From a virus, in the IMG/VR virus record IMGVR_UViG_3300045988_080644: a stretch of 64,000 nucleotides of DNA; one strand, 5' to 3'. The translations under genes and the position numbers were made by a program. Shown piece after piece: positions 1 to 13,000 of this stretch. The stretch's first letter is position 1. Each line of letters begins with the position of its first letter. Under the pieces are notes generated by a model. The model was not told the origin of the DNA and did no database searches. It saw nothing but the letters and a program-made list of their open reading frames with translations.

Positions 1-1
1 T

Positions 2-3000
2 AAGAATTTTAATTTAGATACTTGGAAGAATAACATGGTACTTGCTGCAAATAGGGCAGGTATTAGTGGATGGAATAATGGATATTTCAACATTGGTTCT
101 CAAAGTACTATACCTACAGATGATAAAAAGCCTGAGGCTTTTGATATAAATAATGATTAGGCAGTTATTGATAAATATAAATTAGCAGACTAGATTGCTG
201 CACATCCTGAGTAGAGAGAGCATCTTCTTGATTTAGCTAGAAGACAATATAATCAGGAATCTTAGAATATAACTGATGAGTACAATGCAGCTATTAAATA
301 GGAATAGGAAATTGCTAATAATAAGATATGGCAGTAGTATTTAGCTAATGAAGGTAAGGGTTATGCTAATGTAAGTAAAAGAAACTTTGGTACTGAAGTC
401 TTTGGTAATGGTTGGCAGAACGGAAATACTGATTTTGAGTATACTAGTGGAACTAGTCAAGAAGCAATGAGACGTTTATAGAATGCTTTTAAAACTGGAA
501 ATAGAAAAGGAGATTTTCTTAGAACAGCTATTAATATGACAGTTAATGGAGGTAAATAGAAGATTTCTAATCTAGGTGAAGCACTTGCTTATTACAAACC
601 ATTACTTGATAAAACACAAGGTGGTTGGGATTAGTTTGAAAAAGTATAGGATGCTGCAGGTAATGAGATATATAAATTAAAAGGTTCCGAAAATGCAAAG
701 GGGCAACCTCTTTATATATGGTTTAAAAACGGAAAAGCACATGCTTATAGAGACGATCCATATTCTGTAAGAAAAGCTTAGGTTATCTCAAGAGCTTAGT
801 TAGGTATGAAATTACAAACTAAAGCTGAAAAAGAGGCTGCAAAAGAAAAGGAAAATAAAAAGACTCTTAGTAATCCAAATACACCGGAAGATAAAAAGAG
901 ACAAATAGCAAGTTAGAGAAAACCTGGAGATACTGAATTTACTGCTACTGATATAGCTAGAATATCTGCAGCTGGAATGGATGTAGCTTCTGCTTTATCG
1001 GTGTTTATTCCAGTATATGGTACTGCTGCAAGCGCAGGCACAGGTTTAATTTCTTCTTTAACTAATTTTGGTGCAGATATGTTTGATAAGTCTGTATCAG
1101 CAGGAGATATGTGGAAAAATCTTGGGACTAATATTGCTATGGATGCCGTGGGATTGGTTCCAGGTTTTGGAACTGCTGGAAAAGCAGGTAAAATAACTAA
1201 AACTTTAATTAAATATGTACCTAAGATAGTAACTGCCCTATCTGCAGCTAATGCTTTATCTCCTGAATCTAGAGCATCTTGGGCTAAATTAGCTAGTAAT
1301 GAATCTCTTACAGTTAAAGATTGGCAAAATATTGCAGCAGGTTGTTCTGCTTTAGCAGGAGTTTCTAGAGGTGCAGTTGGACATTTTAATGCTCACACGA
1401 TGGCTAAGGGTACTAAAACTAAGGATTTTAATATAACTGCTTCTGATGGCAAATAGTATAAGGTAATTGCAGAGTAGTTAGAAACTTTAAAGAAACAAAA
1501 ATCATTAGAAGATATAAATAAAGAATTTAAGAAGTTGTATCCTGATGCTGAATTAAGTAGTTTCTTTAGAAATGGTAAATGGTAGTAGTTAAGACATTTA
1601 TACTTTAATAATCCACAAGTTAAATCAGTTTATGATTTTAGTCGATTAAATAATTAGGGAACATTTAGTAACTCTAATATATGGAAAATAGCTAGAGAAA
1701 ATAACTTACGTGGCATTAGTTTAGATGTAAAAAATCCGTATAAGAATTCCTTACTTAAGCAACCTACACCTAGTAAACCTTCTAAAAAGAAATATGAGAG
1801 ACCTAGAGCAACTGCAAAATCTAAATAGTAGGTAACTAATTCACCGCTAAATAATAGTCCTGAACGATATAATTATGTTCGTAGGAGTGTTCAATCTAAT
1901 ACTAGTGACGAAGTAAAAACATGGAGAGATATATTTACTAAGAATCATTTTTATTTTAAAGAGGGTGGTTCTGTTTAGAAATTAGCTAATGGTAATAGTA
2001 TAAATGGTAATCCTGCTAAATAGAATAGTGTAGGATATACTAATGATTATAATTGGAATACTGATGTGTTTTCTAAAAATTTAGACCATATACTTGGTAG
2101 TCTTAAATAGTATAAAGACGGTTATGCTAATTGGTTAAATACTATGTAGGACTTACACTATAACGATTATACTAATGCTTCTAAATAGGATTATTTAAAT
2201 ACTAATGCATATAATAATGCAACTGTTGGTTAGTATTAGGATAAGTATAAAGCTGGATATGAAGACGAATGGAACGTAAGTCCTGAAGGAAATGATCCTG
2301 ATGGTTTAGGATACAATACTCTTGGAATTAAGTCAGCTCAAGATTCTGGAAAATTCGGTATAGTGTCGGGAAATGCTAACTCAGGTGATTGGTTAGGTAA
2401 TGGTAATATGTATAAAACAGATAATTCATTTGGAGGAATTACCGATGCTAGAAGACTTTTAGGTCGTGAAGGTGATTTTAATGATGAATAGCTAAAACAA
2501 TACTAGCAAAAGTTCAAAGAATAGGGATATGATTTTTATCTAGACCCAAATACTAAATATTATAAATTAAAACCTTACACTGACCCTTCAAAGACAACTG
2601 TAGCAGACTAGGATAAACCTAAATAGCCTAATAACTTTAGTTTAAAAGATGCTATAAATAAGATGGATGTTACTGATAAATGGGGTATTCCTAGAGCTAT
2701 GTATGCTGACATAACTAATAGAAAGGTTACAGATATGTTAAAGAAGTAGCCTATATTATATGGTCCACAAGAAGACCATCGTTATGTTTAGTCTGATTTA
2801 GATGCAGAAATGAATGGTCAATAGGCTGCAGCTTAGTTAGCCAGAACAGCCAGTCATCCTATTACATCTGATGGAAATCTACAATCTATGCTTTAGTTAG
2901 AAGCAACTTCTAAAGGTAATGATGCTATTATTGCAGGACGTCAATAGAGTAATTAGAGATTAAGAGAAATGTAGGAATAGGCTTGGTAGCAAGAAGTAGC

Positions 3001-3691
3001 TAATCATACGAGTAGATATAATACAGCTATGAAAAATAGAGAATCTCTCTATAATACTGCTAATGAAAATAAAGCTTTAGAAGCAGCGTATCTTAATCAG
3101 AAATTTACTGTATGGGATGCTTTGGCTTAGGAGAAAGAATTTAAGGATAAATCTGATTACGAGCAAATGAGAGCAAGAGCAGATTAGTTTGCACAAGGAG
3201 ATATAAATAATGCTATTAAATATGGTCTTTCTAATTATGTAGATAAATATGGTTTAACTCCTGAAGATGTTTCTTTATGGGATAAGGTATATACTGATGG
3301 TACAGTTAAATTGAGCGATATTTAGAAAGATCCTATTAAATTAAGATAGTGGAATAAGGTATTATCAGCTACTAGATAGATTCAATAGGATCTATTAGGA
3401 GAATATTACGGTATCCCTAAATCTAAGTATTGGACTATCAGACAATCTACTCCTTCATATAGTTACAGTGATAAAGTTAAAGAAGCTAAAAAAGGTGCTA
3501 AGTTAAATTTACGTAAGGTAAGAGAAGCAGCAAAAGGAGAAAAACTTGCAACAGCACAGTTAAAGGCTTAGACTGCAGATGCTGATAGATTCTATAAAAC
3601 TACTAAAGACCATATAGATAGAATGTATGCTGCTATAAGTAGAACTATGAATTATAGCAGTAATAAGAAAAAACGTAAAAAGAAATCCTAA
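2..3691 (+). CDS. Large virion-associated protein, 5'-partial (about 1229 codons visible), readable only with TAG as sense; contains a Gly/Ala-rich hydrophobic segment
   Basis: Frame 2 is open from the window edge to TAA 3689-3691 with no TAA/TGA. I count 14 in-frame TAG in the first 325 codons. Track ORF 977..1456 is only the longest TAG-free stretch (VYGTAASAGTGLISS...GLVPGFGTAGKAGK). Confidence 0.8.
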
Positions 3692-4938
3692 TGCCAGGCT
3701 AGCAAGATACAGTACATTCTTACAGACCTACTTTACCAATTACTTATTAGTATCATTTAAAACCTGGAGAATCTTTTTATAAAGATAGAAACGGAAAAGT
3801 TACTATTATCCGCTCTAGAAACGAACAAGTTAGCAAAGATACTAGAAATAATTGGCAAAAGAAATAGGACAGTAAGAATGCTCCAAATATGAGAAAATAG
3901 AAGTAGATGACCTAGGCAGAACACAAAACTGCTTAGGTTGCTTCTAATATTTTAGATAGAGTAAGACCTTCTAAATTGGTAACCGCAGTTGTTAGAGGTT
4001 AGAAACCTATGGACTATATAGATAATGGAAATAAGGGCACTGGTAATGAAGTTTTAAACACAGGGTTTGACATACTTAGTACTTTTGGAACAAATGCACT
4101 GTTTAATATGTCAAAGTTTCCAAAGTTAAATCAAATAAATTTGCTTACTAAGGCAACAGAAGATTCCTCTGATTTGGGATTATTTAACTAGGGAAGACTT
4201 GCCCTAATGCGTAGATATAGACAAAATCCTATTTGGGAAAATAATGCAAGAGCCGCAGGATTAACTGATTAGGAAATAGAAACTTTCAGGAACTATGCAA
4301 ATGGTCTATTATCTACTAAACAATCCTCTGAGCCAAGGGTGCCAAGTTTATAGGTTTTATAGGATACTAATTCATATAGTAGTTATAGTAATATTGCAAG
4401 AAATCCTGATGGCTCTATTAAAAGAGAACTTGTTTTAGGAACCGGTCCAAATTCTCCTAAATATACTGGAGTACATGAAGGTGGTCATATGAGTACCCTG
4501 AATTATAATCCTGAAAATGAGAGAGTTGCATTCAAGTAGTTAATGTCTAATAAAGAAGCTAAAACTGCAATAGATAAGTTAATGCAAAATGCAAATAATC
4601 TTGCCAATTAGTTAGAAATTGATCCTCAGAAAATAGTCAATGTAAGAAGGATATTAATAAAAAGAGGTATGACACCAGAACAAGCTGACTAGACTATACT
4701 AAAACAAATAAAATATTTGAAAGAGGGTTAGGAAACTAGGTCTAGAGGCTTGGCTGCTTAGGAGTGGATGTAGGATAATCATAGTGTAGAAGTTCCATAG
4801 ACTGTAGATAATGGCGTCAATTTTTTCACTGATAAATCTTTAAGAAACGTATGGAGAGGAATAGCATCAACAATTCCAATAACATAGGGTTATTCACAAA
4901 TGATGTAGAACAATACCTAGGAAAAGTAGACAAAATAA
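3691..4938 (+). CDS. Hypothetical virion-module protein (415 aa with TAG=Gln) carrying an HExxH motif (HEGGH)
   Basis: ATG 3691 overlaps the upstream stop (TAATG). Frame 1 is open to TAA 4936-4938 with many in-frame TAG. HEGGH is encoded at 4474-4488. Track ORF 4009..4191 is a fragment of it. Confidence 0.7.
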
Positions 4939-5138
4939 TTTTTACACAAGTAGATTGTTTATATGGTTTACTAGATTCTAATTTTAAAATGAAAACTCTA
5001 ACTGTAACCAAAAATATAGACAAAATCCTAGAACAATGTACTAATTTTCCAGGTTCTACTAATTATATAAACGCTGATTTATACAAAGATAATAGATTAA
5101 TAGGAAATATAATAATTGATAAATTACCAGAAATATGA
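4851..5138 (+). CDS. Hypothetical small protein (95 aa; alternative internal start ATG near 4987)
   Basis: Standard-code ORF with no TAG. Its TGA overlaps the next gene's ATG (ATGA at 5135-5138), suggesting coupling. Its 5' 88 nt overlap the previous gene, so the true start is uncertain. Confidence 0.3.
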   Translation: MERNSINNSNNIGLFTNDVEQYLGKVDKIIFTQVDCLYGLLDSNFKMKTLTVTKNIDKILEQCTNFPGSTNYINADLYKDNRLIGNIIIDKLPEI

Positions 5139-7006
5139 TATTTAAGTTTCAATAGGGGGGAACTACTCCTCCCTTTGTTGCTTATTAGCCAGTTATAGTG
5201 TCTGATAAGCGAACTTCAGCTATTCCAGAAGAAGCCGTAGCTGCTAAAGTAGCTAGTGATGCTGATAAGGGTAAATTAACTAGCAAAGATTTATATACTA
5301 TGCTTAAAGAAAAGCTTAAAGGTTTACCTAGTGACGTAGATGTAGCTATGTGGAAACTTCAATCTGTTGAAGAGTCCCTCAATTTAGATTTTTTTCATGA
5401 TTTTACATCTAATGTAGAAAATAGGTATTTAAATGCTTTACAAACTATGAATCAACTTTCATTTAGTAGAGAATAGTATGATAAGGCTTTAGATAATGTA
5501 AAATCTAATGGAGGACTTAATGAAGCGGCTATAGATTAGTATGGTCAAGTATATATGACTAACGGTAAAGACTATAAGTTAATGTCTCCTGAAAAAGCTA
5601 AATAGTCCGGATGGAAACAAATGACTAATTAGGATTTACTCTATTTAAGAGCTAATGACCCTAGTTTGTCGGGAAAAGATGAGATTTTAAACATAGTTAA
5701 TAATGGTATAGGAATAGATAAGGTAACAGAATATATTCAAAAATGTATTCAAGGATTAGGAGCTTCTAAATCTGAAGAAAATCTATATGCTAATGTTAAT
5801 GCAGGAACTATATTAAAGGGCTTAAATGATTTTAAATAGGCGGTAGCTTAGTCTGGAAATTATGATGCCACTGTTCAAGATCTATACAGTGGTAAATTAA
5901 TGACTAAAGATTCTGCAGAATAGGCTCAATAGGCATTAACTTACATATATAGAAGTTTGCCTAATAATATGAAATCCCTTTTAAAAACAAGAACAAAAGG
6001 GGGTACAGATGATGAAGCTTTAGTTATGATAGGACAATTAATCAGTTCTAAGACTTCTCCTGAAAAATCATTTGAACTTAAATTAGAAGATACTGCTTTA
6101 GACCATTAGGAAAAATCAGGTAAAGGAGATAAAGATCCTCATTCTATAGAGGGTTTATCTATGAGTCCAGTAGATATGTTACAAGCAGGTTATGGTTAGA
6201 AGAATGATTTTACTATTTAGACAGCTGCAGGTGCTTCTAATGGTATATAGATTCCTACAGTACAAATGCCTATAACTAAGAAGGGCGAGGGTATTGGCAT
6301 GGCATCATTAAGTGATGTAGCATCCAGCGATTATGCAGGTTATCTAGATTTTAGTAATGCTTTTATGGGGGATGTTTAGATACCACAAGCAGGAATGTAG
6401 AATATAGCTATAGATGGTACTGCTTTATATACAGCTTATTTACCTTTAGACATGTAGTATTTTAATGACACAGGTTAGAAAAGACCTGATATAGCTATGT
6501 TAGGTAGATATAAATAGGCACAGAATGAAATAAGACAATCAGGAACTAAAGATCCAAGATAGATTAATGCCATCTATAAAAATCATAATTTACCAGTAAT
6601 GTACAGTCCTAATGGAGATATTTTAACTAACTATATCAAGTTTGGTATAGTAAATGGAACCGCTTTAGATAATGCCTTTGGTGATGAAGCTAAAGTAGCT
6701 GATTATTTATCAGAAACTACTGATAAAAATACAATAGCTAATACTCTTAATATTTTAAATAAGGGTAGGGGTGAAAAAAATAAGGTAGAATATGATGAAA
6801 AAAGTTGGTGGGATTCTATATCTCCTGTATTTAACGATTATACTCATGTCTATAAAGGAACTATATTTATGCCTATTAATGATGATTACTTTACTTATTC
6901 GGCAGCAGCAGGTTCTAAACCAACAACAGCTTAGGCAGAAATGATTGAAGCTAGATAGTAGGCTGCTAATAAAACTCGTAATTATGTAAATCCAGGACAA
7001 CTTTAA
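5135..7006 (+). CDS. Hypothetical virion-module protein (623 aa with TAG=Gln)
   Basis: ATG 5135. Frame 2 is open to TAA 7004-7006 with no TAA/TGA and numerous in-frame TAG. Track ORFs 5198..5476 and 6599..6934 are fragments in the same frame. Confidence 0.75.
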
Positions 7007-10000
7007 TGAAAGAAAATGATATTATATTAAATATGTTAGCTAACCCTAAATTTACTCTTGAAGATTTTCAAGCTGTAGGTTTAAATAGTGATAACACTGG
7101 GTTACAATCAGAAGATAAATATTTACAAAGTGATAAGATTAAGTCTGTTAGTGCCTTTTAGGATTCTAATGGGCAGTTTGATAAAAATAAATTTCATAAC
7201 TTTTACTAGAGTGCAGGATAGTTTTATAATTAGATGTCTAATGATGATTATGAGAAAGCTATTTTAGAACAAGCACAGTATAGTAAAGATAATATATGGG
7301 TAAATCCTAAGAAAAGAACTGTAGATTATAAACCAACTTTAGTTAAAAGAGCAAATCCAACTTTAGTAACTAATAGTTTGGAATAGATGGGTCAGATGGG
7401 AAAAAGGACATTATCTACTTCTGAAATAGCTTAGACACAAGCTGTAGTAAATCCTATTACTGGTGAGAAATCTGCTAGCCCTAATGATTCTTTCTTTTCT
7501 AATCTATTTAATACTTTAGTACTCGCTTCTTATGATAATGATGTAGTAGATCCAAAGACAGGAGAAGTATTACATAAGAAAGGTGACTTAAAATATAATG
7601 AGGATGGTTTACCTTATTATGAGACTTTATCAGGACGTGATGTACATGATAAATAGGTTCTTAATAAGATGAACACTCTTACCACTGATGGTTCTGTATG
7701 GAATAAATTTGACTTTTTTGATTCTGATGATTTAGATTAGAAGGGAATTGGCTCATCTTTATTAAAGAATGCTGCATTAGTGGGAAGTATGTTTATTCCT
7801 TATGTGGGTCCAGTAATTACTGGATTAAGTGTAGCTACTTAGACAGCAGGATTACTAGCCACATTAGGTAAACTTGTTGCAGGAAATGATAATCCTACTT
7901 TAAACAATATATAGGGATGGGCTAAGTCTGTTAATAGACAATCTGCTACAGAATATGCTTAGCAACATACTTGGTGTGCTGAGAACTTTATTAATATGAT
8001 TGGTGATACCATAGGATAGTTAGCAGAATAGCGATGGATATTTAAAGCAGCTCCTGTATTATTTGAAGGAAAGGATGCTTGGAAAGTAATGTCTAAAGAA
8101 GGCTATGATGCTTTAAAGAAATCAAAGCTTGCAGAGTTACAAAAAACATCAAGTTTAACTACTGACAAATTATTGTAGGATGCAGTAAGTGAAAAGAATG
8201 TACCCTTATTACAATAGTACATGACTGAACTTAATGCTATTAATGAAACTAAAGCTGCTAAATATGTTGATGATTTAGTTAGAAAAGCTAACAATATAGG
8301 CAGTCCTCTTTCTAAAGCTTACATGATAGGTATTACTGTATAGGATACTTATGGTAATGCAAAAGCTGCAGGAGCTTCAGACTTAGAGGCGGCTTTATTG
8401 ACCCTTGGTTATGCTGGAGGTGAAGCTTGGATTCTTAATACTGGTTTAGGAGAATGGATATTACCTGAATTACATATTGACAAGTTTAAAAATAAAGCTA
8501 TAGCTGAAGCTTTAGTTAAACCAGTTAATGATGCTAAAGAAAGATTAGAATAGACTGGAGACAAGCAAGGATTTGTAAAAGAATTACTCAAGATAGGTAG
8601 AAATGTAGCTACTAACGTATATGCAGAAAAAGCTATGGCTAAGAAATCTGCTGAAGTTATAGGAGCACATGCATTAGGTGAAGCATTTGAAGAAACTTCA
8701 GAAGAGTTATTAGCAGATGCTTCTAAAGCGATACTTAATATAACTAGATGGTTAAGAGGAAAAGATGCTCTTAATTTCTGGGATGGAGATAATGCTTTAG
8801 ATAGATATACTATGTCTGCATTAGGAGGTTTACTTGGTGGAGGGATAACTTCTGCTGCAACTAATTTTAGTTAGGTAAGAAGCTTAGCTGGAATGGATAA
8901 CTCTGCAGCTATGTAGCAACTCTTATATATGGCTAATAATAATTAGTTAGGTGATTTCTTGAAACAAGTAGATAAAATGACACTTGGAGACAAGAATAAA
9001 TCTGCTACTAAAACTATATATGATTCAGAACAAGGAGTAATATTTGCAGAAGGAACTAAAGATGATAATCAAGACCTTGCTGCTAAACAAGCTATTCGTA
9101 ATTAGGTTAAATTTATTGACAATATATTAACTACTAATGGTGCTAAGATAAGTACTGACTCATTACTTAGTAAATTAGCTATGGAGGATTAGTAGGATGT
9201 TCTTAGGAATCTTAAAATAGGTAATTTAAAAAATACCAATGTTATAGGTACATATGCTTAGGACTACTTGAATTTACAAGCAGATTTAATAACAGCCTCA
9301 GCTTAGTTAAAAGCTATTGATGATGAAATAGGTGATGTAAAAAGTGCCGCAACACCAGAACAATAGAAAGCAAGAACAGATAAAGCTGCTGAAATTGACG
9401 GCATTAGAGGTAGATTACAGGAATATCTTAATGGCACCATCTCTCCTGATTTTATTAGAGATGCTGTATTTGAGATAAATCCTCTGATTAATGACGGTTT
9501 TGTTATTACTTCATTAGAACAATATACAAAAGCTAAAGTAGGAAAATTACCTAATTAGCTATCTGATACTGAGCTTACAAAACTAACTGAAGAGTTTAAA
9601 AACTACATGAACAGTGATGGTAAAGAGTATACACATACTGCTGCTGCAGCTTACTAGAATATGATGGAATTGGGTTCTCCTATAGTGCAGCAGTATTAGG
9701 AAATAATTAAATAGGCTAATGTTAATAATAATGCTCAATTTATATAGGATTTTAACTAGTTTATCACTAACTATTTAATTAAGTTGGATAGTATTGATAC
9801 TACTGACTAGGAGGCTTATCAGACTAAAGCTTAGTTATTAAATGATTCTCTAGCTTACGGAGCACTTAGATAGATGGCACAACCTTATCTAAGTGAGGAT
9901 TAGAGAAATCGTCTATAGAGTATTGCTGATAGTACAGAGACTGATCCAAATGTTATAGCGCAATTAAATCAAGAAGCTAATAATATTCTTATGGAAACTA

Positions 10001-13000
10001 TCTCAACTAATGTTGATAACCTAGTTAAACCAGTACTATAGTAGGGATTCATACATCCTGAAGCTAGAAAAGCATTACTCTAGGGATTGTCTAAGTTAAA
10101 GGATTTAATTGCAACCAAAGCAGATAATGACTTTATGGAGGTTTACCCAGGACATCCAGATTATGAGGAAGCAAAAAAACGTCGTAAAGAGTCTGTAGAA
10201 AATATTCATCAAATTGATGATTTATAGAAAAAAATTGAGAAACTGCCAACCACACCTGCTTTAGAGTTTATTGATAAATTTAAAATAGGGGCAACCAATT
10301 CTTAGTTAAAGTTTTCAGACCATTGGTAGCAGACTATGGATTTATTAGATAACAATAAGGATGATATGTCTGAATTTGGAACTGATGAAGTATGGGAAGC
10401 TAATAATCAAGAGGCGCTTAGACTAGCTAAAGCCTTTAGGTCAGTACTTAATGGTATGAAAGTTGATAATGCAGATATAAATAACCCAACAGGTTATTCT
10501 AGAATGCTTAATTTAGTATATTAGAAATCTGCACAGAAAAATTATGTACCTTTAGCAGAAATAAGTACTTAGGAAGCTAATATGATGCTAGAAGATGTCA
10601 GCAAAATTATAGCTAGACTAGAATTTGCTGATACCTTAGCTAAAATGAATAGGGGTTAGAAGCTTAAAGAATAGAACAAAGTAGCTGCTAGAAAAAATCA
10701 ATTATTATATAATGGTACAAAAAGACTTATTGACACTTTATCAGACTCTGATTGGAAAGATACTAGTATAGCTGATTTAAAAAATACTTTTAATAATATT
10801 ACTACAGAAGTTAAAGATGCTTTAGAAGGCGAGGGAGTTAAATAGAGTAAAGAAACTAGAGCTGCAGTAGAAAAATATATGATGCAGTTAGATAATGCTA
10901 TATATGATTTCTTTCAAGCTAATAAGGATTCTAAAGGGGAATTAAGCGTTGAGAAAATAGGAAAGTTATTAAAGAAATTTGCAGGCAATGCAGGATTCTT
11001 TTAGAAAACTAATAACATACTTAATGAATCTACTAAGTCTCTAAGTGATAATTCTTATATTTGGTATTTAGCATCTAGAGCAGCAGTTAGAGCATCTGAT
11101 TTTTATGGTTCCTATAAGAAGGCAGTAAATGACAAAGTTGCTCCTATTGCTAGTTAGGAACTTGCAACTTATTTAGGAGTAGCAGCTATAGCTAATATGA
11201 ATACTCTTAACAAGTTTGTAGATGCATATAGAAATACTGTTGTTTAGGAATTTAATAATTTATCTGAAAAAGAGAGAACTGACTTATTAAACCAGTTTGA
11301 TAATAGTGGTGAGGCATATTCTAAGGATTTACTTAAGTACTTCGGGGCACATGATGTTCTTCCTCAATATAAGAATATGATATTTATAGAAGGTATTGCT
11401 GGAAGTGGTAAAAGTAAAGCAGTATTTAGAAATGTAATTAATACTATAAATCATATTAATCCAGAATACTTAAAAAATGCTTATTATGTACATGAGACTA
11501 GTGATTCTGCATAGAAAGCGGCTGAAGACCTAGAATTACAAGGATAGACTTTTGGACGAGTTGATTTTTTAAAACATTTATCTTCTGAATGGAAAAATAT
11601 TAGAGATAATAGTAAAGACAGAAAGAATTACTTATATAAAGATTCATATAAATTTGATCCATTTACAGGTAAATTAGAGAATACCTGGAAATTAAATAAA
11701 ATAGCTGATGCTCCTAAGGTAATTTTTATAGATGAGATTTCTCACTATAATTAGTAGGAAGTCAGTATGATAGAATAGTGGGCAAAGGAACATGGAACTA
11801 TTGTACTTACTGCTGGTGACTTTGATTAGGATACATCTATTGCTTTTATAGATGATGTTAAATATAAGGGAAATCCTGTAAGTGTAACCTTAAATAGAAA
11901 TAATTTTATAAGAAGTCCTAAGTTAGGGGTATCTTTACGTACTTTAAATAAATAGCTTACCAATTGTACTAAAATGATGTAGTTAGCTATTTAGAATCTA
12001 AATGATGGTAAAGATGTAGATTTAAATTTCACTTATCTAGATAACGATCCAGAGCACTTAGGTCTGTTTGGTGTAAAAATAGCTAAGCCAGTTAATGTCT
12101 TAAAAGGTTTAAGCAAAGAGGAACTTGATAGAATTGTTCCTACTATAGATTTGATGGTATCTACTTCAGGTGATGAGAAAATAGGATATATTTATCATGA
12201 TACTAATACTGAATTATATAAGTTATTAACTACTAAATATAAGGATAAAATAATACCATATAAAGATTCTGATGCTTAGGGTCTGGAAGGTAAATATTAT
12301 ATAGTAGAGAATGATATTCATTCTAATGTACCTGATTCTGTCTATTTAAGATCTTTGTATACAGGTATAACAAGAGCTTCACAGGGAGTTTTAGCCATAA
12401 CACCAACTACTACTAAGGGTATTAAAACTATAGGGACATCCTAGGATAAGAGATTTTAGTTAGAGACCATAGGTGCTGAAGCTATTAAACATGCTTCCAA
12501 AGAAAGATTAGAATAGTTAGAAGATATGGTTGATGATAATAATGCCATAACTAAATTAGAAGCACCTACTAATACACCTACTCCTACTAAGCCCCAAGTT
12601 TCAGGTGGTTTACTTCCAATTTTAGCACCTGCAAGTGTTCCTCCAGCTAATACTGCAACTAGTTAGGCTGATGCTAATATAGAAGTTGAGAATTTTAAAA
12701 AGCTTATATATAATCTTGATGGCACTACAAATTCAATAGCTAAGAAATTAGATCAGGAATTTGATATAATAAGTGTTGAAGCTAAAGAGGATAATGGTAA
12801 TTGGATTCCTACTGTTAAGTTAAAGAATGGGGATGATGAGTTTGGTGTTCCTTTAGTAGATTTCAATAAAGAATATACTTTATAGAAGAAGGATGATAAA
12901 ACAACTGTTCCTCTTTACACAGTTGGACAAACATTTTTATTGCAAACAGGTCCTACAGACACTTAGATAACTATTGATGAAGTCTTATCTGGAGAACCAC

